A stretch of DNA of 63,608 nt, counting the filler, from Diploschistes diacapsis (Eukaryota), in NCBI GenBank assembly GCA_023645945.1. It is 11 parts of 11 records of this genome, joined end to end, with 100 filler letters (N's around TTAATTAATTAA, not from the genome) between each part and the next. Parts side by side here need not be neighbours in the genome. Positions count along the whole stretch, not along the records: positions 23,287 to 28,980 come from JALAIB010001495.1; positions 29,081 to 34,766 come from JALAIB010001496.1; positions 34,867 to 40,544 come from JALAIB010001498.1; 8 more parts are not named here. One strand, given 5' to 3'. Under the pieces are notes generated by a model, which was not told the DNA's origin, made no database searches, and saw only the letters and a list, made by a program, of their open reading frames with translations. The position numbers and the translations under genes are program-made. This document shows positions 23,287 through 35,338 of this stretch, piece after piece. Numbering within the stretch: position 1 is the stretch's first letter; each line of letters starts with the position of its first letter.

Positions 23287-24377
23287 CCATGATAGAACCC
23301 AAACCTGCCCCCCTCCCGCAACAGCCCCACCACATACTCCGTAAACAACTCCTTCAAGTCCGCATAGTGCTCGGCAAACGTATCGTAGTACACAGCGTCC
23401 AGCTCGACCGCGCCCTGGGTGAGCAGCCGCGGCAGCACCTCCTGCCAGCGGCCCTCGTGCACCACCACCCCGGGCCTCTCGTACCAGCCCTCGGCGCGCA
23501 TCCGCGCCAGCACGTCCGCGTGCGCCTCCACGATGTGGTGGCGCGCGGGCCGGTGCGACTGGAGCGCCGCGTCGACGATGCCCATGCCGTGCCCGATGTT
23601 CATGACGGCGAGGCCCGGCGCGGGAAGGAGCAGCGCCGCGTGCCGGGCCATGATCTCCGTCTCCCACGACATCATCACGGCGTTGGAGGACGAGTCGAGG
23701 AGCTGCGTCGCGCCGTAGCGCAGCGTCGACCGCAGGAACGCCGCGTTCGAGCTCCAGTGGTCGATGTAGTCGCTCGCCGGCTCCGAGCGCGCTGCCGGTG
23801 CCGCCGCCCCGGCGCCCTCGTTCGTCTCGGGCGCGCGCTTGGGGCCTGCGTCGGCCGAGACGGAATCCTTCGGCGGCGCTGCTGCTGCTCCGTCGTCGCC
23901 GCTTCCGTCGTGTTCATCGCTACCGCCGCCGCCGTCGGCGTCCTCGTCGGTGTCGGCGTCGGCGTCGAGCTCGTCGAGCTTGCTGAGCAGCAGCTCCGCC
24001 CGAACCCCCGCGTCCACGATGGCCCGGTAGACCCTCCTGTAGCCGAGGCGCCAGGCGATGCAGCCCGGGGTCTCGCCGTTCCCGTCCAGATCGTTCCAGA
24101 TCGCGCCGTTCTCGAACAGGAGCTGCACGATTTCAAGGACGGGCCTTTCGTCGTCTTCGCTTCTATCGCCGGGTTTGGCTCCGCTGCTGGCGATGGTGGT
24201 GGCGGGGCCATCTTCGCTTCCCTGCACGGCAGCATGTAGAGGCGTGAACCCCGTGGCGGCGTCCTGGACGTTCGCGGATGCTTTGCGCAGGAGGTTGCGG
24301 GTCGCTGCCACGTCGCGTCTTCTAGCAGCCGAGAGCAGGTTTTGGGCTAGTAGCTTCTCTTCCGCTTCGGCGTCCAT
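23287..24377 (-). CDS. RMT2: Protein arginine N-methyltransferase 2 (ankyrin + SAM methyltransferase), 3' truncated by contig end
   Basis: LFENGAIWNDLD..ETPGCIA, VDAGVRAELLL, NAVMMSWET, NIGHGMGIVD, YYDTFAEHY. Confidence 0.92.
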
Positions 24378-24542
24378 TGTCGGGATGGGATATGGGATAG
24401 GGGGGGATGGGTAGGTGAGGTTTTGTGGGTAGGGGCGGCTTAGGGCAACTTTTGCGGCGGGTCTAGTTAAAAATCTGATCCTTCAACTGCTAATATTGAA
24501 AAGGATTATATCTCAAAGTTATAGCAAAATTGAGACATTAAT

Positions 24543-24628
24543 GCCTGGATGGCTAAGTTGGTTATAGCGTCAGTCTCATACATATATGATTTATCTGAAG
24601 GTCGAGAGTTCGAGCCTCTCTCCGGGCA
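24543..24628 (+). tRNA. tRNA-Met(CAT), elongator type, 12-nt intron at 24581-24592
   Basis: Acceptor stem GCCTGGA/TCCGGGC, D arm GCTA..TAGC, anticodon arm TCAGT-CTCATA[intron]A-TCTGA, T arm GAGAG-TTCGAGC-CTCTC; T7 Pol III terminator at 24634-24640. Confidence 0.95.
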
Positions 24629-24935
24629 GTTGCTTTTTTTATGGTAATTTCCTAATCTATGTAGAAAACTAGGGTCTGGATAAGCTATAACTTACTCCGA
24701 AGCTAATTAATGTGTTGGGAATAGTCTGATACACAACATGAAGGTTGGAAAATCATCTACGGTCAGCTTGGCCGGCTGTAACCTGTCTAGGGAATGGTTT
24801 TATTTGTAGAAATTTTGAACGACTTGATACCATGCCTCTATAGCCTCCAACCCTCTGCTGGGCCTCTGAAGCTCGCGCAGTCGCCACCCTAGTACTATGG
24901 ACTAAGCTACAGCTACGGCCAAATCTGCTTCGGTC

Positions 24936-25691
24936 ATGCCTGCACTGAATAGACCTAACAGGAAACGTCCTCGTAAGGCCTACAGAGCCCAGAAATGTTT
25001 GCTGGGAAAGCATCTTGAGGAGGATTTGAGGGAAGGCGTGCTGTATGTCGGCGGGCTCTGCTCCTGAGCACACTGCAGGCCAGTACTTACTGCGGCCAGC
25101 TACAACGAGAACAGGACATCGTCTCCGCTGCTGAGGCTTCCCTTCGAGGTACGCTCAATGATCTACAAATACCTACTTGGTGGCAAATGTATCCTCGTCA
25201 AACACAAAACTCCTCGGTGGGGGAATTACCAGAAACCTAGCCTCCAGAAACCGGAACGCAGGGCCCTAAAAGGATTCCACTGCACGGTCTACGATGAGCA
25301 CGAAAATCCATTCATGGAGTCTACCGCGGCAAATACTAGTTCATTTCCGGGTCTGCACATACCGGTGGGAGAAGGTGGGTTCACCCTCCTGAGCCCTGTC
25401 TGCCGCCAGCTGTACGAAGAGACGGCCACGCTGCCTTTCGAATGGAATGTCTTTTCCTTCGAGCATCAATCCGTATTTGAGAGGTACATCATGCGCGAGA
25501 AAAGGCTGCCACTTTTCCAGAGACGAGCCCTCAGAACGCTGTTAATATATAATTGGCGGCCTACCGAAGCTGTGGTGAAATATCTTGGCGGCTTGAGCAA
25601 GGTGATCGCGTGTCACTATGAAGGTATGGAGGAATATGATATCAAGAACCCTCGCTGGAAACAATCTCCTACAGTGAAAAAATTCGTCTAG
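24936..25691 (+). CDS. Hypothetical protein with F-box-like motif; predicted intron about 25043-25099
   Basis: SPLLRLPFEVRSMIYKYLLGG motif, typical of fungal F-box-like hypothetical proteins; a GTATGT...CAG intron links an upstream ATG exon in frame. Confidence 0.6.
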
Positions 25692-26469
25692 GGATTGAGG
25701 CAATCCGTCGACCTTTGGATTTCTCTCGTTGGAGTGAAGTTTATACTCATGGATCAGCTACAGGTTCTCGCGGGAGGTTAAAGCCTTGCTGCCTGTCTGC
25801 CTCTACGCAATGGCGTCTTTGCGAACGTAATGGTTCGCGCGTCCATGGTAAGAAGCATTGAAGGAGCGTATAAAGCCTCTCAGATTCTGGATATAGCGGC
25901 CAAAGATGTGTGTAGTGGCAACTGTTTCTGCGCCCATGCACAGCTAATCATAGAGACGAGCCTGTTCAGTTCTAATTCGCGAGAAGGGCCAAGTAGGCCT
26001 GGCACCGTGATTGAACACTAAGGGCATCGAGATTGGATCTAATTTTCATTAAACTCTAGAGTCTCGCACAACATCTTGTGGACGAGGACTGACGAACAGG
26101 CAATGCGGACTCTTCAATTCCGCTATGTTCTATTTCGCTCCAATCTTCTCCAATCAAGCATCCTACAGGAAGATGGGACTACACTGGCCATCCAGAGCTG
26201 GAATATATCCTCTTCCCCCTTTGACAGCTTCATTGCCCAATGTCGGAGTCAGATCTGGGTATTGAACGCGGTCAAGGCAGCCAGCCTCCTTTCCACATTC
26301 GGACGGCCCAGCGCAACGTCGCGTCGCTGCTGCTTTGCTCATGGCTGGCCCTTATTGTCCAGTCAGTCTTTCGGACAAGACAGGTCAGATTACCATTGTT
26401 CGTTGGGCACCTTTCGGAGAAAATCTACTCAAAACTCTGCTATCTATCGCCCCATGACCAGTTAACTCC

Positions 26470-26985
26470 ATTTCTCATATTCTTCACTCCCTCCAACACT
26501 CTGCCTCCACCACCTTCTCTCCCTTCTCTACATTCCCCATTACCCCCTCCTCCCCGCTTCTTACCTTTTCCCTTCCCCTGAATCCATCGGGCCATGCTAT
26601 CTAACATTGTCCACTCGCTCCTCTCCTTCGCCCGCTTCGCAAATCTTCATACGGATCTTCCCCCCCTCGCCACCGCCGCATAGTAGTCCGCGCCCAGCGC
26701 CGGCTGCGAGCGCATCATGCCCGGGCCTGAGTCCGTGAAGCCGAGCATATCGCTTTGGTTGAAATAGCTCAGGTTACTGGAGCCCTATGTGCGGTCAGCG
26801 AGGCGGGTGGCTGCCTTTCCGGTGGAGGGGGATTTAACGAGAGTGGAAGTTGGGGAGGAGGCGGCGGGAAAGGGGAGAGCTTGGGGCTAGTTCGTCCCGT
26901 AGGGGTTGCTGAAGTCGGGGGCGTTGGAGGGAGTGGCAACCGGGAAGGTTGTGGTAGAGGGCCGGTCTTTGGGTTTGGATGACAT
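26470..26985 (-). pseudogene. Disrupted small hypothetical gene
   Basis: ATG at 26985; protein-like text (SSNLSYFNQSDMLGFTDSGPGMMRSQPALGADYYAAVARG) broken by an in-frame TAG at 26887-26889 and a frameshift in a G7 run. The second TAG follows a GCTGAC branch site and is probably a splice acceptor. Confidence 0.35.
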
Positions 26986-29578
26986 GGTGATTGATTGGTT
27001 ACTGTGGTTTTTGGGTTGCGCGGTGATGCCGAGGCGCTGCTGCAGATATATATGATGGTTCCAGATGCGGGTTTCTGAGGCGGTTGAGCACCAGGGCCCT
27101 AAGCTGAGAGGCGTTCTGTGACAAAGGTAGTGTAAGCTGAAACAGGGCCTGTTTTTCTCTAGAGATTCCCTTCCACTAGGGGTGTCTACAATGTCCGCTC
27201 TTCCACCAGATCGGGTCACACGGTCTCTATACTACTCTCGCAAAATAGCGAAATTCATCTTCATCACGTTACTATCCGACCTCATTTACCTGATGATACC
27301 GCTCAAGGAATGCGGCACAGAAAATGCCACGAGCGGAGCGAACCGAGGAGAGATAGATGTTCGAGACGACGAGAACACAGTTCAGCTTCTTGCAAGAAAG
27401 AAGCTCTTTTTATTCGGTATGCAGGCGGTCAGCGCTGTTGCTTACTTACGTAATTACCCTTGAACGAGCTCCCTCGATGTGATTGTATCTGCTCCAGCTC
27501 CAGATTCAAGATGGCTGAGAGGAGGGAATAACTCTTCAACCCTTCCTTCCCCAGCGGAATCGACACGGCGTTTGTGGGGACCTGAAGGGCTTCAACAACT
27601 TTCATATCCGGCTTCCCTATGGCTCCTACTCCATACAAAAAAGCAGCATAGAGATGCGAGTAAGTAGTAAGTTCAGGCTCGAGTGCGCCGCGTCTACGCT
27701 TCGAAACGCTGCACACCCATCATCTTTTACTCCAGACTCCCCCCCGCTTCAAGGTCCGAGAAATTCGCATGTCATAATCTCACCTCTTGCTCTGCTGACA
27801 CATCACATCGCCATGCTTGATTGTCCCGACAACCTCCTTAAGAACGTCGGGCAAAATCTCCGCCGCATCTCCTTGAAGGAGCCAGTTCCCCCTTCCCGCA
27901 ACTTTGTCACCGGATTATCCCGGCCCTCCTCGCTAGGCGGATCGGTATTTTAAACACGGCAACCCTCGGCCCGTGAACCCTAGCGGCACGTATATAGATA
28001 GGCAGCCGGCGGGTACACGACAGCCGTCGTGCGCACCACGAGCATCAAGCCCGGCCTTGGGCACCTCGTCCAGCCACGCGTAGATCCGCTCTCTCTCGCG
28101 CGCCCTCCCTGATGGGCCCCCCCGGACCACACGACAGCCGGCCACAGCATAACCCTCGCGCCGCGGACACCGAGAGGATCTGCGACTTTTGCCACCTCTG
28201 CCCTGGGCCCAACATCTAGCACGAAGCCTGGCTGGCCCCCATCGTCAGCGACAACAACAAGTCCCGAACTCGCACCTCTTCCCGCCGCTGCCCACTTCAT
28301 CGCCGTGCAGCGTTCCGTGCACTGCGATCGATCTGCCAACCGCATGCCCCGCGCGGCTCCGACGGGCCGTCTGTGTTCTTGCGTGATGGCCAGGAAGCCC
28401 AGCCTGCGCCTCGCCAGTTCCGCCGGCGCAGAGTGCGCCCCGGTTCGCCCTCGCGCCAGAAGCCGCCCTTGCCGCGGAAGGTGGGGGGATGCCGGAGGCG
28501 GCGGAGAGGCCGGCGTCGAGGAGGGCGAGGATGCGGGTGCGAGGAAGTGCAGGTGCCGGGCGAAGGGAGGCGCAGGCGTCGACGTCGACGTCGATGTTCA
28601 GGTGCGGGGAGGAGGGAACTCGGCCGGTTTCGAATCTGCAGCGTTGCTGCTTTTCGTAGTAGTATTTGGTGGTGTTTTTGCTGTGCTTGGCGCGCGTGTG
28701 TGAACGTTGTTGTTCGAGGGGGACTTTGAGCTGCGGATGGAATTTTTGCAAATGCCGAGAGATTGTCTGCAGTATATATAACACAATAGTCATGAATGAG
28801 TCACGGGGCCGCGCCCCTTCTAGTTTGCATTTGCGCCGCCGTCGGCGGATTCTTCCTATACCGAGCCATCCATCATCCTCTCTCCCCACGATGGATAGCT
28901 CTTTCAAAAGGAGGGGGGGGGCACGGCCTCATGACGTGAATGAAAACATCCTCTCTGCAGGAGACGCCACGCATTAAATCNNNNNNNNNNNNNNNNNNNN
29001 NNNNNNNNNNNNNNNNNNNNNNNNTTAATTAATTAANNNNNNNNNNNNNNNNNNNNNNNNNNNNNNNNNNNNNNNNNNNNGGAAAGGGGCTGGGGAGGGA
29101 ATGAGGATGATAGTGGAGGAGGGAGGGCGGAAGGAAAGGAAGCAAGGGACAAAAGGGAGGAGAGGGTATGACAATGGAGATAAAAAAGGGAGACGAAGAA
29201 GTCGTGGAGATAAAATAAGTGTGGAGTTGGTTTTGTTGCATGGCGGATGGAATGAATGGGTTGAAGGCACTACTTGTATTAAAATATTTCTTGTTATAGT
29301 GCAGACGGGGAATGGTAATAAGATCGCAGGGATTATACAGAGATGGAAAAAATGATGTCGGAAATGAGAGCGGCCGAGGCCGAAGCGTCGAGTCCCAGCA
29401 CGAGAGAGACAGAGAGATAGATTACCATCCTCATAACTGATCAACGTTTGCACAAGCCTCCCCCAAAGCTGTCTCCTGGCCGGTGTATCCACAGCCCAAA
29501 CCAGAAACACATCTCTTCCGCATCACTCACTGCCTCGCCCTCCCTCTTCCTTCCGCCCACAACAGCCTCCTCCACGGC

Positions 29579-31252
29579 TCAGTTCCCAAACCACTCCCCA
29601 CCAAGCCACCTGTTGAAAAAGTCCACGCTGGCCTCGGGCTGGTTGTACGGCACCATGTGTCCCGCCGCGTGAATCTCCACGAACGTCAGATTCCCCGAGC
29701 TCTTCACCCCACCAACCTTCTTCCCCTCGAGCTTCAGCTCGCCCAGCCTCTCCTTGTTGTACGCCTCCTTTCCGCTCCACTTCAGTTCCTCCGTCCAGGC
29801 CCTGTTGCCCAGATAATTGCAGATGAAATCGGCGTCCCCGGCGTAGATCAGCACGGGAATCTCCTCCAGGATGTCCGGAATGAGCAGGTGGTAGGGCTGC
29901 ATCCAGTCGCCCTGGAACAAGAAGTTGCGGTTGATGTCGAAGTTGCAGCCCTCGTAGCTGTCGACCTCCGCGCCGAGGCCCTCCAGCACGTGGTCCTGGT
30001 TCAGCCAGGAGCTGATCCAGTCAAGCTCCTCGTAGCAGAGGTTGCCGCCCTTGCACTTCTCGCGCACGTCGTAGGGGTTCATGCCCGTGCGCTGGTAGGG
30101 GCCCAGGATGGCGTTGTTGCAGTAGATGCTTGCTGGAACGCACGTCCATGCGCTTTGGCTGTTGTAGCACGACTCGATCAGGCTCTGGCACCTGGGCAGC
30201 GCGTTGTCCATGCTCTGGCACGTCTGCTCGTCCAGCACGGCGGGCCAGGCGCCCTCGCCGCAGGCCATGGGGCGGTAGTACTCGTACTGGATGTAAGGGT
30301 CCGTTAGGCCATTGCCAATCAGGACCGACTGGAGATTGATGTTGCGCTTCTTGTGTGATAGGATCTCCGACGTGAAAACGGGTATGTAGTGGCCCGCGTA
30401 GCTCTCGCCGGCAATGTGAAAGTCCTGCTTCGCGTACTCGGGAAACTGCTTGAAGAACAGCGTCAGCAGGGCGTAAATGTCCTTGCCCGCGGCAACGGTG
30501 TTGGACACGCTGTTGCTGCTATAGCTGAAGCCGACGTTGACGGGCTGATCGAGGAAGATGACGCTGGCGTTGGAGTTCCACGAGGCCGGGTTGTGCTTGA
30601 CTTTGCCGTCCCGAGTGATGGCCGCGGGACCGAGCTCCATGAAGAGACCCGTTAGCGAGGAGCAGCCGGGTCCGCCATTCAACCAGAGCACGACGGGGTC
30701 AGTTTCAGGGTTGTTGCGTGACTCGAAGAACCAGTAGAAAAGATGCTTGTCCTCTTCTTCGTCATCAAGGTACCCAGCATACTGGGTAACGTTCGGGTCG
30801 ACGCCGAGCTCGTTGGGCTGTACACGCTTGCCGCGCAGGTTGTACTGGGCCAGCCGGCCTTCGATCTCGCGCTCTTTCTCGCCTTGGGCGTTTTCAACCC
30901 AGAGAGATTGCAGGTCTTCGCCTTTGGCGATATAGTCCCAGTGACTGTCGGGCTTGCGGTGCGCCTTCTTCGGTTGCGGGAAACGGAGCTTGGAGACCTC
31001 CTCGGGGAACTCTCGCGAGACCTGCTCCCATGTTGCCTTTGCCTCGTCGGAGAGCAGGTGCCACGACTTCCTTAAATCGTTGACGGCGTGTGAAGTGCCA
31101 CCGGCAATCTTGTGCACAGACTCGGACGCCTCATGAGCGAGTTTGTCGCTGAACTTCGAAGCATCAGAGGCACCATGCAGTGGGACTTGCGAAGGCCCAG
31201 CTGCTGCTGCCAGGGTCGCTGCTCCGACAAGGAGCGATGCCGCGACCTTCAT
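29579..31252 (-). CDS. cpyA: Vacuolar carboxypeptidase Y (S10 serine carboxypeptidase), intronless
   Basis: Signal peptide [12 protein letters not shown], propeptide, [16 protein letters not shown] (catalytic Ser), AGHMVP (catalytic His). Confidence 0.96.
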   Translation of the reverse strand: MKVAASLLVGAATLAAAAGPSQVPLHGASDASKFSDKLAHEASESVHKIAGGTSHAVNDLRKSWHLLSDEAKATWEQVSREFPEEVSKLRFPQPKKAHRKPDSHWDYIAKGEDLQSLWVENAQGEKEREIEGRLAQYNLRGKRVQPNELGVDPNVTQYAGYLDDEEEDKHLFYWFFESRNNPETDPVVLWLNGGPGCSSLTGLFMELGPAAITRDGKVKHNPASWNSNASVIFLDQPVNVGFSYSSNSVSNTVAAGKDIYALLTLFFKQFPEYAKQDFHIAGESYAGHYIPVFTSEILSHKKRNINLQSVLIGNGLTDPYIQYEYYRPMACGEGAWPAVLDEQTCQSMDNALPRCQSLIESCYNSQSAWTCVPASIYCNNAILGPYQRTGMNPYDVREKCKGGNLCYEELDWISSWLNQDHVLEGLGAEVDSYEGCNFDINRNFLFQGDWMQPYHLLIPDILEEIPVLIYAGDADFICNYLGNRAWTEELKWSGKEAYNKERLGELKLEGKKVGGVKSSGNLTFVEIHAAGHMVPYNQPEASVDFFNRWLGGEWFGN

Positions 31253-31823
31253 AATAGCGTACGACAAGGACAATGATAATCCAATAGATACGGAGCAAAT
31301 AAGAGAAGGAAAGAGGGTGAAGGAGAGTTGAAAAGGATGGGGATGGGATGCATTACTACCCACTTGTTCGAGTCATCTGCCGGGGCTGCCAGTCCCGAAA
31401 AGGTCAGATGCTACGCACTAGGCCCCGTTTTAGACTAGGGGTTCACCTTGGAGCTCCTCGAACTTTGAAGCCTACTTTATGCCATGAACAGATTCAATAC
31501 TTCTTCTTATTAAGACTGTAGGGCGGGGCACATGTTGAGAGATGCAAAAGCTGTGGTCAAAGTGGTCAAAATCCAACTTGAGTAAAGCAAGAAGTCAATC
31601 ATGTTTGATAGCTGTCCATACTCTAATCCAGTCCCTGTGAACGGCCAATAACATGCCTCGTTGCACATCGCATACAAATTCGTATCGTCTGTTTCGTGTC
31701 CTCGTTCAATTCTAGCATTCGTCTATTCGTTTTGATGGGATCAAGTACCCCCTGCAGCTCTCACCGCTAACCCAATGGCCGCACACAAGCCATTGAGAGA
31801 TCGCTCTGGGAGGACATGGCCGT

Positions 31824-33999
31824 TCAGCAGATAGGGTGCGACTTCCCAGCCTTGCCCTGCAGCGAGTGCTTCTCATTTTTGTACTTGTGGTGAGCGTGCC
31901 TGCCGCTGTTCTTGCTAGTATTCTTAGTGTTCTTCTTGACGTGCTCCATATGCGCATCAATGTGCTGTTCGTCCATGTTTTGCAACGTCTTGACTGCCAT
32001 GCCAATATCAGTCACGAGCGAGTCGCAGCGTGAACGAGAGAAGTCCTCTCGGACAACAACTGTGCGCAGAGGGTCAGCAACTTTGCTCCATTCACCGGGC
32101 CGGACACGGTGGCTTATCTCATGAGCTTAAGCTTCTCGGAGTTTGGCGCCATGGTGTAGGCTGGCACAACCCAACCGCGCTCACGAAGCTGGTGAGCAAT
32201 AGCAAACTCGTCAAAGTGGTGCTTGTGCTTTGGGTCGAGACGGAAGGCAACAAGAGGGAGGCCATTTCCACCCCCTTGGCTGTGACCGGGTTAACAAGCT
32301 TACAGATAAGCTGGATGTGGAAACAAACCTCATGATAACGAAACCGAGGGTCTGGAGGCAGGAAGCCAGATAATCAGCCGTGCGCGTGAGGTTCTTCATG
32401 ATGGACCGGTAACCAGTCTGGCCGAGACGGATGAACTGGTCTGAGAAGGGTCAATCGAGAGCTCCTCAAGCAAGGTGGCTAAACATACAGTATTGGCCGA
32501 GGACCTGCGAAGCGCCCTTGGAAAAGTTCAGAGTAAAGCTCGCTTGATCGGCTCCGAGGTAGTTGATGTTGAAGACCAGCTCCTGAGGCAGATACTCCGG
32601 AGAACGCCAAACAGCCCAACCGACACCAGGATAGACCTTCTCGTGTCAGTTCAGCCCATCTAACGTGGGACGGGATGCAATCCTACCAAGCCATACTTGT
32701 GCCCGGAAACGTTGATGGAAACGACCTTCTCGAGGCGGAAGTCCCACTCCAGCTCGGGCTTGACAAAGGGCGCGACGAATCCACCAGATGCGGCATCGAC
32801 GTGGATCGGGCAGTCAATGCCTTTTTCCACCAGGAGGTCGTTGACCTTCTTCGTATCTTCGTACTCGCCAGTGTAGGTCGTGCCCCTAGGAATGAGGTTA
32901 GCGGTGCTCTTTGGTCTGGCTGATCTACATACAAGATCGTGCAAATGCCAATGGTGTTTTCGTCAACGAGAGAGACAGCCTCTTCTGGGTCGATCACATA
33001 ACGGTCAGTCGTGCAGTAGCAGTACTTCTCCTCAACATCAAAGTAACGGGCCGCCTTTCTGCATGGCTCTTAGCTAGTGTCTACCGTCAGTGTTCTTTTT
33101 CCTTACTCCCAGCAGACCTGGACGGCCGAGTTCATGACAATGTTTGGCTTCGAATGGTCCTTGCCCTCTGCTTTGCGTTTGTTTTGCCACCTCTTCTTTA
33201 AGGCGAGCGTGGCGAGCATGATGGCCTGCCGTCACTCAGCGATATCCCTCGTGAGGAGCTAGGTGGTCGATACGAACCTCTGAACTGCCAACCGTGCTAG
33301 TGCCCATTGCGTCTTCGGCTTCGTCGTGGGTTGGAGCACTGTTATCTGATTAGCACAGCCGATGCTTTGCATACTCCACCACATACTGGAAGAGGCGGGC
33401 GATCATGTTTACGCATTTGGCCTGAATGTCGGCTGTCTGAGGGTACTCCTCATAATCGATGAAGTTCTTGGCCTTGGCAAGCATCAGCATCGCCTCCCTA
33501 AATTCCTTTGGCAGTGCAATACAATACCAATGACTCAGTCATGAGCTTCTCGGCCTCTTCCTCCATGCTACAATGCGTAAGCACCGCTGTAGGTTGGTCT
33601 CGAACTTCCCTGCATACTATGTGGTAACAAATCTGGCTCTTGATCAGCTTTGCAGGACTCACACGGCGGGGCGTTTGGACTGACGAGGCCAAGTTGAGCA
33701 CTGGGTTGCCGTCCAAGCTCAGGTGGTCCTTGATCAAGCGATACGCAACATCCCTGGGCCTGGTGGTACAGAGCGAGTCAGCCATTGAAGCTTCCAGACT
33801 GGGGACAAGCTTGGGCCGGGTCTCACATGTCGCCCTCGGGCATGTGGGTGCTAGGCAGCCCCTCAGCAGCGAATCTGCTGCCGTATACAGTTGCGCTGAG
33901 CTCGTGTTCTTCGGGTTGTTCGAGCTTGACATTTTCGAGTTCCTTGATCGGGGGCTTCTGGGCTTCCGAGTCCTTCAAAACTGTGGCAAGGTGCACCAT
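31824..33999 (-). CDS. GAD1: Glutamate decarboxylase (PLP-dependent), 13 exons
   Basis: Spliced MVHLATV...[18 protein letters not shown]...[10 protein letters not shown]...[10 protein letters not shown]...SGHKYG (PLP lysine)...[10 protein letters not shown]...KSHPIC; 11 GT-AG introns plus one AT-AC intron. Confidence 0.96.
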
Positions 34000-34345
34000 C
34001 TTGGATTGACTGCTTGATCAGGGTGGTAGCCAGTGTAGTAACAAAGAATTGGGGGGGACTTAAGCTGGGTCGATGAAGGTGAAGAGGGAAGAGTGGGTAA
34101 TTTGAAAAAGGAATTGGACCACTTGAGAGGTGAAGTAAATACAACTAAAGACGCAGATACTGGGTATGATGCATACACACTATACACCGGTTAATGCGGG
34201 GCAGTTACACGTCCCTTTCCTTTTCCCATCTTTTATTGTGATACCTAGGTAGTGTAGTGGCGCTTTAGTCCAAGTCTATACCAAATATCGACTATAAAGC
34301 TTGTTTTATGGCTTAGCTTGTTACTAAGATAACTTCGAAGATACA

Positions 34346-34684
34346 ACGTGTTTCATCACGGAACGGAACTTACCATTAAACGGAACATAATCCGTGCATT
34401 TTCGTAAAATATATTTCTTAATATTTTTATCTTTCGTACGATAATATTTTTTTATAAATGTTTAAGAAGGCCGAATCGCTTTCGCATTATTTACTTTATA
34501 ATTTGAAGAATATAAATCGTACGATAAATTAATAAACGATACGGAATTTTTTTAATAACGTTCCATCGTCGTCGAAATAGTAAAAAAATGTAAAAAAATA
34601 CGTCGTTATATAATAAAATTGTATAATTATAAAAAAATTTCGTTCGTACGATGGATTTTTATATAAAATAAAAATCGTACGTTA
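34346..34684. mobile_element. Heavily mutated end of a longer element related to the 10.6-kb MITEs
   Basis: Begins ACGTGTTTCATCACGGAACGGAACTTACCATTAAACGGAACATAATCCGTGCATTTTCGTAAAATATATTTCTTAA, which aligns with the reverse complement of the right arm of MITE 1; very AT-rich after that. Confidence 0.75.
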
Positions 34685-35338
34685 TGTTATTAGAACGCCC
34701 CTACAGCAATAGGTGCTACATTACCGGGGGCTGAGCCTGATCCGGAAGGATTACGTGTAGCTGGGCNNNNNNNNNNNNNNNNNNNNNNNNNNNNNNNNNN
34801 NNNNNNNNNNTTAATTAATTAANNNNNNNNNNNNNNNNNNNNNNNNNNNNNNNNNNNNNNNNNNNNAAAGAGAGGGGGGGGGGGCTGTGTGGGATGGCTT
34901 CGGAAATTGGCGCCCGTTGAAGCTTGTAAGTTGCATTCGGGATGGGAAGGGGCAAAAATTGTTTGTGAATGTTGATGGATTTCCATGCGTCCTTGCACCT
35001 CTAAGCCCAGTCTGAGTGACTCTTTTGCCCCCGTTAATAGTACAAATCAAATCTTCATCCCTAAATATCATAAGCAGGATGGTCTGTCTAGGGGCATGCC
35101 CCAGTACCGGGTGGGAATAAAGACAGATCTGATGAATGGACTCGGAGCATTTCCGAAGGTGCTTTCCAAGTGTATATACATGGTTGCACGGGTGATATGG
35201 CGGCACGGTTCTGTTTACAGTAAAGCAAAGAAAAAAGGGAGGTCGGGTGGAATTGCACAGCTGCTTTTGCTAGCGATGTAAATCCGCAAGGGGGGAAGGA
35301 AGAAAAACAAGCGATAGGGGCAACGCAATCACGTTCGC

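Noticed and set aside
32062..32117. U12-type classification of the GAD AT-AC intron
   Set aside because: No ATATCCTT donor or TCCTTAAC branch site; the signals are U2-like.
34708..34766. GGTGC..CTGAG..CCTGATCCGGA resembling a TPP riboswitch
   Set aside because: Lacks the ATACC/GAAC junction and P5 pairing, is not in a thiamine gene, and is cut by the contig end.
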